Source: Callorhinchus milii (lineage: Eukaryota). From it: a DNA stretch of 64,000 bases. The DNA is taken from the NCBI RefSeq assembly GCF_018977255.1, contig NW_024704742.1, forward strand, positions 119,228,001 through 119,292,000. The letters are read 5' to 3'. The first letter of the stretch is position 1. The number at the start of each line of letters is the position of its first letter. The notes under the pieces are model-generated. The model was given only the letters and a program-made list of their open reading frames with translations. It was not told the DNA's origin and made no database searches. Positions 1 through 14,800 of this stretch are shown in pieces. The translations under genes were made by a program, and so were the position numbers.

Positions 1-116
1 ACTGATGATACCAATACTGAACTGGTAGTGGAAGACTTATTTTTCTACAAATTGATGGATAATCATTACAGGATTACTCATACCGCAACTGCTATTTTTC
101 CATTTATACTATATGC

Positions 117-192
117 ATAGTCTCGCCCAGTTATAACGCAATACTTGGGATCCATAAAATTAGACTGCATTATTAACAGGACTTGCTATAGC
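117..192 (+). mobile_element. Degenerate pogo/Tigger-like MITE (copies 2304-2350 +, 17578-17640 -)
   Basis: Shared core gttataacgc..ttggg(g/a)tccataaaat(t/c)agac in three places. Superfamily assignment is inference. Confidence 0.5.
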
Positions 193-589
193 TAAGCCCC
201 TCACACTCACTTCCATAATTCCCACTTATGTCATTGCATCAGTGTTCAGGAAGCCTTATAGTCAGCAGCAACACCTCTTACAATAATTCCCCAGGCTTGC
301 TGCTGGAGGCATGGAAGCCCACTGCGTGTGTACAATAGGTGCAGGAAGCCGGCTATTTAACAATAAAAATAATAATCCTTGCATTTGATATAGCGCCTCA
401 TCACATCTTCGAGATGTCTCAAAGCACATCATAAAATATACTGTAAAGTGAATTGACTATATATTCTGTGGACTGTATATTTAGCAGTGGCTCCCCCTCA
501 TGATCGTTTCCAGGATAGTCAATATACTGTGGTCCACTGTTACCATTATATCTGAATCTGGTTGGTAAACAAAACTTATTTATTTAGTT

Positions 590-900
590 ATAATAATAAT
601 TGCATTTGATATAGCGCCTTATCAAGTCTTTGAGATGTCTCAAAGTGCTTCACAGAATATACTGTAAAGTGAATTGACTGCATATTTTGTGGGCTAAATA
701 CGGCAGCTAATTGTGGACAGCAGTGTCCGTCCCGCAAACAGTTGTGGATTGAATGACCAATTTATTATTATTATTTTTGAAGGAATTATTACCCCTGGAA
801 AAGCGATCCACCAATTGACTAACAATCATGTTGGTAAATAGAGGCATGTGGAATAAGGAAACTTGCCCAACCTTTCGGTCTGCCCGGAATTGAACCCAAT
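590..900 (-). mobile_element. DeuSINE young family, long form (second tail at 368-482)
   Basis: taataataattgcatttgatatagcgcc tail through ggaattgaaccc B-box complement. Confidence 0.82.
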
Positions 901-944
901 TCCTTTCACAAACAAAATCTCAGGGCTTCACAAAATGAGAATAA

Positions 945-1037
945 CAACAACAACAACATTACCTTTGTAAAGCGCCTTTCACGTCGGGAGGACATCCCAA
1001 GGCGCTGGACAGTGTACAGCATTTCAGACCCGAGCTG
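945..1037 (-). mobile_element. Short LINE2 3' tail
   Basis: (aac)n attacctttgtaaagcgcctttcacgtcgggaggacatcccaaggcgc. Confidence 0.8.
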
Positions 1038-1715
1038 AAAAAACTATTTTAAATGAAGTGAATACTTCAAGCAAAAGGGATAAGACAATTGATGTCCTTT
1101 TACTAGATTAATTGAAGATAAGCATTTGGAGTAATACTCAACAGGCTAAGTAGTTCATGTGTGCAGTTACTGGGAGGGAATAGTATCTCCAAACAATCCT
1201 TGCACCACATTTTGTATTGTTACTTTTCTTTTAATGTTAGGGATAGGATATAATCAGTACCATATGTGTGAGGCTTATTCAAAATTCTTGGCCTCTTTCA
1301 TAACTAACAGTGTTTCACGAAGCTGCTTTTCATTTTCAGAACAAAAAGTGTGCAAAGTGCCCTGCTCAGATTTCGGGATCATGCACTTTAACAGATATAC
1401 TTTGTGCTTGCGGATTTGTGTACTGATACAAAGTCCTCATTAGAAGGAACTATTTAAAGGATCAGAAATTGCAATACTGCCCCAAAGCTTGTAACGTTTG
1501 GGACAAACTCACATGGGAATCTGGCAGATCTTGTAATCCCACTTCACTGCTTTCTCTCCATATCCCTTGATAACCTTACTTCAAAACCATTGACCTTTCT
1601 TTTACACATCCCAAACAATTCTGCATTTGTATCTTACTGGGATAACAAATTCCATATTCTCACTATTTTCTGCTTGAGAAATCGTTTCTGATCTCGCTTT
1701 AACCTGATCTCCTAA

Positions 1716-2103
1716 CCTTTAAGGCCATCCATGGCCTTTCCCCCTCCTACCTCTCTGACCTGCTGACTCCCTACTAACCTGCCCGCTCCCTCCGTTCATC
1801 AGGCTCCGGCCTGTTCCATGTCTCCCACTCGACTCGCCCTACCATCGGTGGCCGGGGTTTCAGCATCTGTGCCCCACACTCTGGAACTCCATCCCACGGT
1901 CCCTTCGCCTCGCTTCCTCCCTTGCATCCTTCAAGACCCTTCTCTTCGACTATGCCTTTGGTCTCCCTCCCACCTCTCTGCCTTCCCTCATCTCTACACC
2001 ACCCCTCCCCCATGCTCGGGCCCCGACATCTGACTGTTCAGCGCTTTGGGACGTCCTCCCGACGTGAAAGGTGCTCTATAAATGTAATTTTGTTGTTGTT
2101 GTT
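1716..2103 (+). mobile_element. LINE2 3' end with (TGT)n tail
   Basis: ccatggcctt...ccctacctc ORF2 C-terminus, then gggacgtcctcccgacgtgaaaggtgctctataaatgtaattttgttgttgttgttg. Confidence 0.9.
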
Positions 2104-2119
2104 GACCACCTGAACGCTA

Positions 2120-2300
2120 CAATAACAACAACTTGCATTTATATAGCACCCTCCACGCGGAATGATTTACAGTGGCGGAGTCTGACAACGAGCCAGGAAG
2201 AGAGGGAGGTGATCATAAGCACAATCAAAAAGGAAGGTCTTTAGGCGGGATTTGAAGGTAGGAGGGAGGGGCAAGGTGGAGGGATTGAGGGAGTGAGTTT
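2120..2300 (-). mobile_element. Older LINE2 3' end, tail-to-tail with previous copy
   Basis: caacaacttgcatttatatagcacc tail followed by purine-rich LINE2 body. Confidence 0.7.
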
Positions 2301-3749
2301 CTGTGCAACAATCTTGTTATAATGCATTGGTTAGGGGTCCATAAAATGAAAGAGTACAAAGGGTCGAACCATAGTGTTCATCATGTTGCTCCTGATGTTG
2401 CCTAACTGTGTTCCACATGTGTGCTGTGCACAGATAAACAGCTGGTCAGTAGCCTTGTTATGAAATCCAACAACCTAACGGCCTTATTAATTGCATTCTG
2501 CACTTGCAAACTAGATGTTAGCGTTTTATGAACTTGGACACCGACATCCCTTTGTTGATTTTCCCTGCTTAATCAATGTATGCCAATTGATTGCAAAGTG
2601 TAATACCTCGTATTAAGTGCTCCGAGATACTCCCAGTGTTAAGGGCACTATATAAATGCAAGTTGTTGTTGTAGTTTACACTTTGCTTTGTTAAACTCAA
2701 TCTGCCATAATTCTATACATTCAGTATTGCTATTTTCTTCTTCACAATTTACCACACCTCCTAACTTTTCATCAGCAAGCTGGGACATACTCTCATTCTA
2801 TTCTTAAATCCAGGCCATTTATATAGTGTGGAAAAACTGTGCTCCTTGTAATTTGGGGACATTATGTGCCGTTGGCCACCAATCAGAAAAGGTTTCTTTT
2901 ATTCCAACTCTGTCTCCCAATCAATTTTGTATCCATGTCACCGCATTTCGTCAATTCCACATGCTTTAACTTAAGATTAGTATTCTTTTATGTAGCATTT
3001 TATCAAATGCCTTCTAAAAATCCAGACAAAATTACATTCATCAATTCTCCTTTACGACTTCAGTTATTCTTTCAATAGAACTTTATGCATCAGCCGAACT
3101 AAGATTCAAGCAAATTCATACCAGGTTGAGTGGTTTAGCATTTCTCTGAGAGGAATTAGATAAACACAGTTATATACATATGATAATCTCAGTAATTTTA
3201 ACTGTCTTGCCCAGACCATAGAGTGACAGCAACGAGTAGGTCAATTTGTCTGCATTGTGGATAATTTTATTCTGGTGACTCATGTCTACCGGGAACTGGG
3301 CTGAGACATTCATCATACATGTACAAAAAAAATTGTGTGAGAAAAAGAGAATGAATTCCATCAGTTTTTGCTGAATTTCATCTGTCCCAAATGTGAAAGT
3401 TCAGCATTCTAACACAACTGTACCAATCAATGCCCAGCAAAGTGGTAGATTCGAAGGAGTGCAATTTTCCATTCAGCAGTTGAGACAACACGCTAGTTCA
3501 AATACATTTGAGATGTTTGTTTTCCTCCCCATTTAACCTGTCCTTTGGCCACATGGCAGCTCGCTTCAGAAAAAAATCTCTCATGTTTCAATTTTCTGCA
3601 GAATGCCAACTGATCTTTTTTTCAATCTACTGCTTAGATTTAAAAAGGCTGTGAACAAGCAAGAAAGAGAATCGTAAGATTGATTTTTTCTAAAAATGCA
3701 GTTATAGATGATCTCAAATTATTTTAATATAATGAATCAATTTCCCCTT

Positions 3750-3929
3750 CCAAAAAATGTGGTCACTCAATCCACGACTATTTGTGGGACACTGCTGCAT
3801 GCAATTGGCTTCCATGTTTCGCCCACAAAATATATAGTCAATTCACTTCGCAGTATATTCTGTGAAGCACTTTGAGATGTCTTGAAGACGTGATAAGGAG
3901 CTATTTCAATTGCAAGGATTATTATTATA
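3750..3929 (+). mobile_element. DeuSINE 3' half (similar tails at 14200-14360, 28595-28685, 38335-38430, 50841-51000)
   Basis: ggtcactcaatcc...gtgggacactgctg...tgcaaggattattatt. Confidence 0.8.
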
Positions 3930-5821
3930 AGAAAACACAAATGGGTTGACTGATAATGCCATTTGTAGGCTAGTATATGGATAGTCTATAATTGTATCCT
4001 AATTCTACGACATAACAAAGCAAAAATAAATGTTCGCATTCTCATCCTCCTACTCTCTGCTCTCAGTATCATATCAAAGATGTAGGTGATCCACGAGTTA
4101 AAAAAAACAGCCTGCTGTGACATTCAGCTCCCATTAATCTCTGCAATTCCTGCAGAATACATTCTGAGAAAAGTATACTATAAATAATGACACAGATGGC
4201 TTTGAGGTCTAGCGGTAATTACAGCTCCCTCTTGCAGGCCAAAAGTTTGTCAGTGTATAAGAATTAGGTTTCTACAATCCCACTTTTCAGTTTCTGATGC
4301 TGTATGAGAAGATACAACACAAATTTTACAAATGACCTTGGACGTTTTACACTGAATTCAGTATGGTTTATGTGTCACGAGGGCAGAGTAAGTTGAAATG
4401 AAAAAATAACCTTTCATTTCAGCTAGATTAAGGGTATTCAGCAAGTAACCTTGCAGATATATTGTGTCTACGCGTACCCGATTTGAGGAATTCAGACCTG
4501 GTAGATATTCATTTTGTCTGGGTATCCTCAATCTATTCTGCTCATGCTCCCAACTTGTCGCCAAACTAGTCACATTCACATTCCAGATTTGAATAATTTT
4601 GCCTCACATATGAAAGGCCATTTTATTTGTCAGTCAGTCCATGATAGTACGGTTAGATGTCTGAGATAATTTGAATGGCTCCAATCTGAAATTTGGCCCT
4701 AGTCTTCATATGTAAAGATTGATGTGAAGAATTCATTTTGTGCATGAATCATATCCTATTTTCTTTATATTTTTAACTTGTGAGTTTTCAATGAGAGGGA
4801 GAGGAGGGAGGCAAAGAGAAAACATGGGTTAACAAAGCACTGTAATCTCACCTCTGGGTCCCAGGTTAAAAAAATGCAGGCAGACGGATGGGGTGCAGGT
4901 TTCTGTTACCTATATAAACCAAGTCAATATTAATTACACAATCTTGCTGCGCTAAACTGCCCTAAATTCAGAATTAATTTTGTAGTCTTCTGGGGGTGGG
5001 GGCGAAGAGAGGGAGAGAGTTGTGGGTGTTCCAGTGAGATGGAAAATGGGCATACATTGTGGGTCAGAATAGATCTTTCTACAGATCTAACAATGCTATA
5101 GTTAAGCGGAAAACTATTGCCCACAATAGGGAAGCCATTCATAGTTCAGGACTAGCACCATTTATCTTTGATGATTTCTAATTTCACCTCATTTCAAGCA
5201 TTTAGAAACACCAAACATTTTTTTTTCTGGATCACTTGCTACAACCTAGGTAATCTGCCTTTATTTTGGTGTCACTTATTAATAATTTTAGCTACTCTTT
5301 TATTCCATTTCTAGTTCTAAAAACTTTATTTTCTTTTATCTTTCTTAGTCTTTTGGTTATTCAGCCACTAGATCTTCGGATTTCTTTTAACATAACTATA
5401 AAATCCTACATTAGAGATCAATTCTAGTTTGCAGGCTTCATATTTGCTCTGTGTAGCACATTAGTTTCATAGTATAAATCGCTTGCTGTTTTCTGATTCT
5501 AAATCAGTAAAATTGGTATTTGTCAGATTTTTCAATTTTCTCCAAATCAAGGAATCATAATTCCCATCTTTTTAAAAAAAGTTGATAATTTTTTAAACTA
5601 TAAAATGGCCAATTTGTGGGTTGCAAGGTATTGTGGACATCACTTCCTGCACACTGAGCTTGGCAGGAACCTTGTAATGAATAAATACTTGAGATGTGGA
5701 AAGTGCAGATGACTAGAGTGAGGGAGCCATCAGGACAAACATAATAGGCTGAACAGTCTTATTCAGTACTATTATAAGCTGTCCAAGAACAAATCTTCCA
5801 GGGGAATCATTACAAAACAAA

Positions 5822-6166
5822 GTGGAGTCCCGTAGCGTGGTGGTTAACACACTTGCCTTGCAAGCGAGGGGATCTGGATTCGATTCCCAGGCGGAAAAAA
5901 ACCTGATGCAAGTTTCTGCACTCCCCGGTTTACCTAGCAGTAAGTAGGAATCTGGTTACTAGTTGATTGGCAGATTGCTTTCCGGTGGTATAATCTCTTN
6001 AAAAAAATTGGTCACTCAATCCATGACTGTGTGTGGGACATTGCAATGCTATGCATAATTGGGAGCTGTGTTTTGCACACAAAATACATACTCAATCCAT
6101 TTTAGAATATATTCTGTGAAACGCTTTGAGATGTGATAAGGTGCAATAGCAAATGCAAGGATTATT
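5822..6166 (+). mobile_element. tRNA-headed DeuSINE, young family, long form
   Basis: tRNA-like head (tagcgtggtgg A box, gattcgattcc B box), Deu-type core gtgggacattgc, LINE2-like tail tgcaaggattatt. Confidence 0.85.
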
Positions 6167-9100
6167 TAGCACAAAAATACAACTTCTTCTCAAACCCCCC
6201 ACCCCAAATAGATTAGTTTTCTACTCTTTAAACTTGAAAGTAAATTATTTTTGAGGTTATTTTGAAGTCATCATTAAAAACTTGTTGTATTACTCGATTC
6301 CATCACACAATCTCTTGTAGAGCACATTAATCCAAACCAATTATGTTAGTCTCCAGCTCGGATACTACATTTGCTTAGAATTCATCATACAGCACAAATG
6401 TAAAGGTTAAGGTTTGGCTTAAAGTCAACAAAATGTCTTATCAGAGAAAATACTTGCAAAGATCATTAGCACCAATCACATTTCAGTTAAAACCACCACT
6501 GAATCAACAGCGTTCTCGTGGGATATGTTCAAAAGTCTAACCATTCAAAGGAGTGACAATGACATAGTCTACCTATTAAATGTGGCAGGTTGCAAGACTC
6601 CAAAGGATCAGTGGCAATGAAGTTACTATGAAGAAACAGAAGGGACTGTAGTTGATCTAATTTGAAGTGGACTTGGTTCTGCGATAGCAACAAGTTAAAA
6701 ATAGTTCAAAACGCGATGCCAAGTCTGTTGTGCAATTAAGTTGTAACCAAAACTCAAGATTTCCACTTAAAACCATTCAAGAAACCATTTTCTTATGGAC
6801 ACCATTTATACAAATAGCCACATTGCATGTTTTTCTACAAAAGAATATTACATGGAGATATATCCAAACCCAAATAAAATCAGATTTGTCATGCCCCAAC
6901 AGAGCAACCTGAAGACACAAATTTGTGAACATGTGATCCTTCCCAAGATGCATTAAGTGAAACAGATTAAGAGTTTGGGTTGATAAGTGAAAATAAATGC
7001 TTTGACCAACGTACATACACAAATTAAATTTAGATTAAATTACAAACATTAATAAGGGAAACCTCAAACCTCAAGAATAACTGTGTGTGTGTCAGGGTGT
7101 GGAGGGGAGGGATGAGGGTTGGAAGGAATAAAATAGAAAAAGCAGGAACCCATTCAAAATTTTGAATTAAATACCCATCATAAAAATCTAGTCTAATAAA
7201 GGCTAAAAAAAAGATTGGGAGTCTTATCAAAATCCCCTTATAAACTTGCTGAGTGCATTAATTTTATCTATGGCCAGTTGGCTCACAAAAGGATGCTCCC
7301 GAGTAGTCCTTCCTGTTCTGATTCTCAGGAGTAATGATGCAGGATGACATGGGACTGTTGGAGGCTGAGACCAACACTTCTCTGAAGAACACGATGAAAG
7401 TGGAAAAATATAGAACATGGCTCTCTCGGCAGCACTATGAAATAACATTCAATTGTACTTGGCTTACTACTAAAATCAAGGGAGCGTTGGGCTCAGCTGT
7501 CTTCACTCTCACATCATCCCATATCATTTCAGAGCATCACTGCAGTCAATAATAAAAGGATGGGAAACATCAATTAACCACAAACTACCTAACACATGGG
7601 GCAGTCATTTATGTAAAGAAATGTATGATTTTGTGCAGTTATTTGCCATTTTAAAGAAACTGAAGAGATACCAAAGGGAAGGCTCACAAACATAGGTAAC
7701 TGTTTTTGGAGAGTTTATACTCCAGCAGACAAAAACAGCTTTGCACTATTTTGTAGGTATTACCCACCATTTACTTTTACAAAGTGATAAACGTTAAATA
7801 CCTTTTGATGGAGAAGATTTTCTTCCATGCACATTGAGATTTCTGTTGTGAGCCTGTTCACTTCATGAAGTACATACCCTCTCTAAATCTAAATACTTTT
7901 CAGGCACTGCATGCTAAGTTAAATCTTATGACATGACATGTTCTGCGCTATTTTTAATAGCATCTGTTGCTATCATGGAACTAAGTGAACATAACGTTAG
8001 AGCAACCTGAAGCCCCACGTGCTTTGTCATATTGACTTAGTGCCTTGTCCTTTTTTGGGGGAAGGTGGGGGAGGAGTGGGGGAAGAAGGTAAACAGATAG
8101 AACCAAACACCACTTCTCACTGTGAGCTCCAAGGTAATTCATTACCTACTTCTTCACTGAGGACTAAACTGTGTGACTGTGTTGTGTTGAGCATTAAATA
8201 AACCTTTAGTTTCTATGATTTTTTAAAAAAAAACAAATCTTTGGGGGCATTCTCATCCTTGTCCACATTCCCATCTACCATCTCACATTCAGGCCTCATC
8301 TAAGTCTCTACAAACCAAGAATGTTGGACTTGCGCAGCCTAGGACTGTTCTCCCTCCAATTTTCCTTACTGCTTCTGGGCAACTGCTTGTTGTGACGTTT
8401 ATACAGCTTGTTCTGTTTAGACAGTTATGTGGGAGTTTTGAAATAAAGTTCTACCACTTGTTTATCCCCCCGACATTCAGCAGGGGCTATTTTCTCCCAA
8501 TTGTGGCTGAACAATAGGATATTACTTATTTACTTAACACAATGGATGTTACTGACAATTGATTGAACAAAAGCACTTGTGTATTTGCTATATTTTGACA
8601 GATCATCAATTATAACTGGATACAAAGAAAATCAATGAATAGATGCTCAAAATTAAAATTCTAAATGAACTCTAATTTTATTTCACAGGTATTCTCAAAA
8701 CAAAATCCTAGTTGATTCCAGATAGGCACCCAAACATTTCCTATTCACTCACTGTTTAGAATTACTGATCTAAGCACAGCGCTTCCATACAAATTTGTGA
8801 ACCAAGCATGAACTCTTTTATCTTCACATTGAATCTGGTCAATCCTCAGCCAAATGTCACAGAGGTTCAGCAGCATTTGTAATGCATTCACTTATAATCT
8901 TTTGTGAATTTTTAAAACAGAATTAATGGTGACCCAAAATACAAAAATGAGAACTAGTTAGTTTTATAGCAGCAAGTTATAAAATTCCAACTATGTTGTT
9001 TACGAGAGGGTAATTCTCCTATTCAAATCATTGGGAAAATAACCCCCTAGAAAGTGGTTCAAAATTCTAATTACTTGCTATTTACATTGAACACTACTGT

Positions 9101-11402
9101 ACATTATTTGTGGCCAATGCAATTTAATTTTCAGCTCTTCACTGCACTAGCCAAGGCTAAATATTATCTTCATATAGTGTATAGTTATATATTGAGTTTA
9201 CTTAACTAAATCAAGTTTCGATTTCCTAGATTATTATGATCTTCCTCCATTAGTCTCAGTGAGAAGCATGAAAACAACTTGCCCCCAAGACATCTGCCTG
9301 CATTGCTTTTAAGCATCTGATTTAAAGCAGATCAGGATTTTTTTTGCCATGGATTTATCCTTCCACGTGAGAAGAATTGGAGCCTCCTTCCATGAATTCA
9401 GGAACTGGCTTGTTAGTTGGGATCAGCTTGGCTCAGTTGGTAGAGTCAAGTAGAATATAAACACTGGCACAGACTGGTTGTGATGAGTGGCCTGTTTCTA
9501 TGCTGTACCTTCTTTGTAAATCTTTGTAAACTGATTTGTAAAAACTATTCTTATTAAATTTACAAGTCTGAATCTCGGAGCATTGTCATGGAGGCTACAC
9601 TAGTCTGTGTGAGGCTCTTACTCCGAAGTGCAGAAATATCAGTATCAATGTAACCTGACTCGAGACCACAGTTAAACTTTGAAGCTTGACATTTGTACTG
9701 GTTTTATTTGTTTCAATTTCTTCATATAAAACACCGTTACACTTGGGCAGAATTCTTGAAGGAAAGTGGTGAGGTTTTTTTCTCCCCAAAATTTCTCTTT
9801 TAATTTACCTTCATTTAATTCCATAGTTGTGACCCCCCCTCTCTCCCACACTAAGTAAAACAAGAGAAAGGAATGATATATACCTTAACAACTTTGTCAC
9901 TTCCAGTTTCCAGAACTTTTGAGATTGATAAAATGTTTTCTTCTAGGCTTTCGCTATAAGTGTCCAAAGGGTACAGAACATCAGAAACATTTAACTTTTG
10001 GAGCACACAATAAAAGCTGTACAGATCAGGACGTTGCATTCCAGGCAGAACGTCAGCCTGTCTCCCAGTGTTAAAACATCTATTAAACATCCAATAGACA
10101 GCTGCAATCAATTGTAAAAATGAGCTATTTCTAACCTGACTGAGCCCAGCATGAAGTACAATGCTTCACAAAAAACTGGAGCCATCAAGTCAGGCATGGG
10201 GACAGACAGTGCCCTTGATGAGACATTGAGATATTAGTTACAAGGTTGATTCAAAAGAAGACCTTTCAGTTTATTTAACCTTATCCTTCAAGAATGCAAA
10301 ATAAAAGAAGCTGATAACTGTAAATGAGAAGCCTTGGAATATTTCTCAAATAAATTGTTTCCTTTTATCAAATGCATTAGGAATTAGGGTGATGGGATGG
10401 GTTAGGAATACAATACCATTCAGCAACCTATGTTAAAATGGGCATGGTGTAAATGCTTAAAATTAGTAGATAAAACTGAACAAAAGCAATGGCTTCTGTA
10501 ATGTTCAGCCTTGAGGGAAGATCAGGTGTAAGTCATGGAGATGCTGGTCAGACCAATATTCTGAAATCTTTAACCATGCTTAAAAGTATCCAAACATGAC
10601 AGAGGTTCACATATGGACATTAACTACCCATGGAAATTTCCATTCATTTGTAAAGGAATGCACACTCTCTTTCCAGATGGATGCATCCTTCTGACCTAAC
10701 AAGAAAACACAGGTTAGCAGGAACCAAGGCTTGGGGACCGGCAATGGGAGATATTTATACAGTACGCTTCATGTAACGACTCAGGGTGCACTCCCACTTG
10801 ACCAGCATGGATCATCGTACCTATTAGGGCTTTTGTTGCAGGGATAACAGTGGGAAGAACCTTGCCCTTGAAGACTAGTCTATCGTCTCCCTTCCCCTAC
10901 CCCCACATGTTGTGTCAATTAACCAGATTGGTGCTCTGTCAGACTATCTTGACAGCCACAAGGGATCAACTCCAAGGCATGTCATCTTGGGAGGAAGCTC
11001 AGCTATAAGCAGACCCTGCTTATCCCCCCACCCCCACAGGAGAATAGTCACTAATAGATCATTAGACATGCGACAAACACAGGTTTGTGCCTTCACTTGG
11101 TACATAGGAAGTTGGATGTACTTCCCTAAGTGTAGAGCTTCAGCAGCGGCCATTTACCTCTCTGCATAGTAATGAAGATAGCAAACAAGCTATGGATATA
11201 CAAGTATGCATTCATGAATCCAGATTCTAGGTAGTGTTTTCCAGCTGTTGTCTCTCGGTTCAGAGTTTCCTCGTCAGCTTTTCAACAGAAATCTACCTTT
11301 GGCGTGGTGGAAGTACCTATATGGGAGAGCTAGTGACGTGCCAATCACCTCGATGTTTTAAATCAGATATTGAGCCACACACTGTCCATCTCCAAACAGC
11401 AC

Positions 11403-11803
11403 TCAACAACTAAATACATTTGTATAGCGCCTTTCACGTTGGGAGGACGTCCCAAGGCACTGGACAGTCAGGGATATGGACCAGAGCAGGGGTTTGGGAT
11501 CAGGGTGGTGGTGGAGGGCAGGGAGGGTAGGTGGTGGCCGAAGAGGAGGGTTTTGAGACGTGCCTTGAAGGAGGCAAGGTAGAGTGCAAGGCGAAGGGAA
11601 TGTGGGGGAAATTCCAAAGGGTGGGGGCAGAGAGGCTGAAGGCCCAACTGCCACTCAAATTCTATAAAGCAAATATTTATACAGAAATGGGCAAAATTGC
11701 ATTGATGGCCTAAGAAAGTGCAAACCTCGGTGCAAAACAACAACAACAACAAGATTCCATTTATAAAGCGCCTTTCACGTCAGGAGGACGTCCCAAGGCG
11801 CTG
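11403..11803 (-). mobile_element. Two LINE2 3' ends (11403-11652, 11735-11803)
   Basis: Both carry agcgcctttcacgt..gaggacgtcccaagg with (aac)n tails. Confidence 0.8.
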
Positions 11804-14800
11804 GTGACTATATTATAACTATATACAGTTGCCACTGACTCCCCTATCAGTGAACAACTGATTAAAAAGCAGAATGAATAACAATACAGGGCCTATTTAA
11901 ATTGTCTATTATGCAGGATACATGGCTGTAACAATTTATTTTACATTAAGAACTGGTTGCTGGAAATTGGGTCAATTTTCTCACCTGGTTCATTACCATT
12001 AGAACGGCTATAAATCGACAAAGCTGCATAAATAATATCTGAGTTCCAGATTACAGTATCAGCAACTACAGACAATACTTCAGCTCAAGACAAAGATCTC
12101 TGTAGAATTTAAAATGCTGACAACTTTATTCAGAGCTTTTCAGTGCGCCAGGAAGTAATCCTATAAAATTGAAGCTGCAAAATAAATTCTGCACATCCTG
12201 CTTAAAAATGGGCATATTTGGCAGTTCTTTGCCACATTCAGTGACAATCAAATCAAGTCTGAGGTTGCTTTTATCCTTATGATAGTTTTTGTAACAAAAG
12301 AAATAACCACTGAAATGTTAAGTTTTACACACATGGCCTCCAACCTCCACCCCCCCCACCCCACATTCCACTAATCCTGCCAGCAGACATACTTTTGTTC
12401 CATTAAGCAGCTTTGCCAATTTAAACAGAAGGCTCCTCGGGCAATCAAATAATGAAACACATGCACGCACAGAGAATTACAGCTTAAAAGTTTCCAAATT
12501 AAGAAATGTTAAGTTCTTATAATTAAGAAAAAAAAATCATCGGCTTCATAACCAGTCTCTGCAAAGATTTTCAAGCCTTTAGAATCTTAGCACACTGTAC
12601 AATTTACTAACATAGAATAAATAATATATTACTTTACAGGATTTACTGAATAGTGGCTGCATTTATAAAAAGCATTTTTTATGTCAACCTCAAAAGATCG
12701 CATTTATCAACTACAAACTTAAAACTATCAAGACACCAGTCTACTATTATAAGCAGATTAAAATAATGCAATACTTTTTAAACAACAACAACAACAAGAT
12801 TCCATTTATAGAGCGCCTTTCACGTCGGGAGGACATCCCAACGTGCTGAAACAGTTATGCTACACTATAATAATCTATACTCAAGACTGCTAGAATCTGA
12901 TAGCTCTGTGTTCTCATTTTCCAAGGAATAATAAATTGCAGAAATATACCCACTAGCATGATCTTTGTTCAACACTGAAAAGATGGTTGTACAGAAATCT
13001 CTGCAATTGAACCCAGGATTTCCTCTTTGCCGGTGCTTCTACAATTTCCAGTGATTGAGTTCTGCGCAAAAATGAAATTACTTGAGCAATCTGAAAACTT
13101 TTATAACTGCTGCAGACAGTGTGCTTCAACCGGCCTTTATATGTGAGATGTGTATTCTTTCTCCTCACAAGTCTGGACAAATCTTACAAGCAACTGGAAA
13201 TCTAGCAGCCAAACTCAAAATGGGCAAGATTCTTCAACTAGTTTTTTTAATAACCTAACATAGCACAAGTTATCCAACCCTCTTCCAGATTGACTAGACT
13301 GTACTGTAAGTTATTAACTGATTATAAAAGATAATGTGGTCTGAGGAAGAATATTAATCCCCACGATGGTGTTAAAAAATCAGACTCATTAGAAATCCAA
13401 GAATTTCAAAGGTTACCAGGCTACACCTCCCAAGAAACCATGTGGGCCCCAAAACAGCTCTACTTATTTTAATGGGCGTGACTATTTTCAGAGTCAATCT
13501 GGAGCAGTCTGAACCCCTGGGGAGCACAGTGTGGGTATGCCATAATAGAAAACAATCCCCCCTGTATATTCTTCCCCATTTAATCCATAGTTGTAATCAT
13601 GTTCAACTCTATTACAGCTTGCTTTTTTTTCAAAAAGGTAGTTCTAGAACTGCATGGCTGATAAACAGTGGTATAATAAGATTGTGTGCTTTAGGCAGTC
13701 AAACTCAGTGCATGTAAACGGTATAAAAGGAGACAATGTGACCAAGGTTCAAAACAGAGCAATCTAGAGCAGAAAATCCAATTAATATTCCCCATTTCAA
13801 ATCCTCTACAATGTGCAATTGAATACACTTGCATTGCAGAACTTTGCTATCCAGCGTCAAACACTACTTTTTGATCTTTTTATGTTGTTAAAGAACTGGA
13901 AATGCAATCAACTCTTAACATTAAAAACCTTCAGGATGGCCAAGGAAATTCATTTCCTAAATTGAAAAGTTGGTTTAGAATTGGATGTAGTAAAATCAGA
14001 CATAAACTGCATTTGAAGACATCAATTCCATTCCGAAATCAACACTTGGAGAGCGTTCCAGGAGCAAGGTTCAAAAACAAAACAATATTGCCAAAACTCA
14101 CCATCTGGATTCACTTTACACTTAGTTAATTCAATATCAAAAATGCATCAAATCAATATTAATGGTTTATAATACAAAATAATAATCTTAAAAAAAATTG
14201 GTTAAAAAAATGGTCATTCACTTCATAGCTGTTTGTGGGACTTTGCTGTGTGCAAATTGGCTGCTGTGTTTGCCCCCAAAACACAAGTCACTCCTCTCCA
14301 GGACAGCTTCCCAACACGAAAAGCACTGTATCAAATGCAAGGATAATTATTATTATTATATCACCCAAATGGTAGGTTATGCATCCAAACTATTTTGTCC
14401 TTGGCTCTCAGTTGCCTTTCTAAGATATATACATTTATTTCTCTAAAAGCGGTTTTGATTTTTTTCTAACTAACTGATATTTCACATTGCAATTTTTATT
14501 TTCTTTGCCCTTCCTTGGTAAACAAAGTTATCACTAGAATATGTTTACAAAAGTGCAAAGTTAAGTTAAAGAAAATGAAAAAAAAAACATCAGTCTGAAT
14601 CGGTTCCAACTGCATTCTATACAGAAAGAGCTTGGTACAAAAGGTCAAGAGGCCATGTTTCAAAAGCTTGCAAAAGCCCATTTGATCCTTAGAACCGGGC
14701 GTACTGTACTGTGAATATGGAGTTCAAATCCTTGGCATTAGCTAAATTCTCATTAGTGTGTTTACAAAAATATTTTGAGGATAACAAAAGGAAGTATTTA

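Noticed and set aside
1585..1620. Possible PIK3R1 exon 3 end (AAGAAAG|GTCAAT on minus strand)
   Set aside because: An in-frame TAA lies just upstream, there is no LPDL/IEKK-like translation, and it sits within a CR1 remnant.
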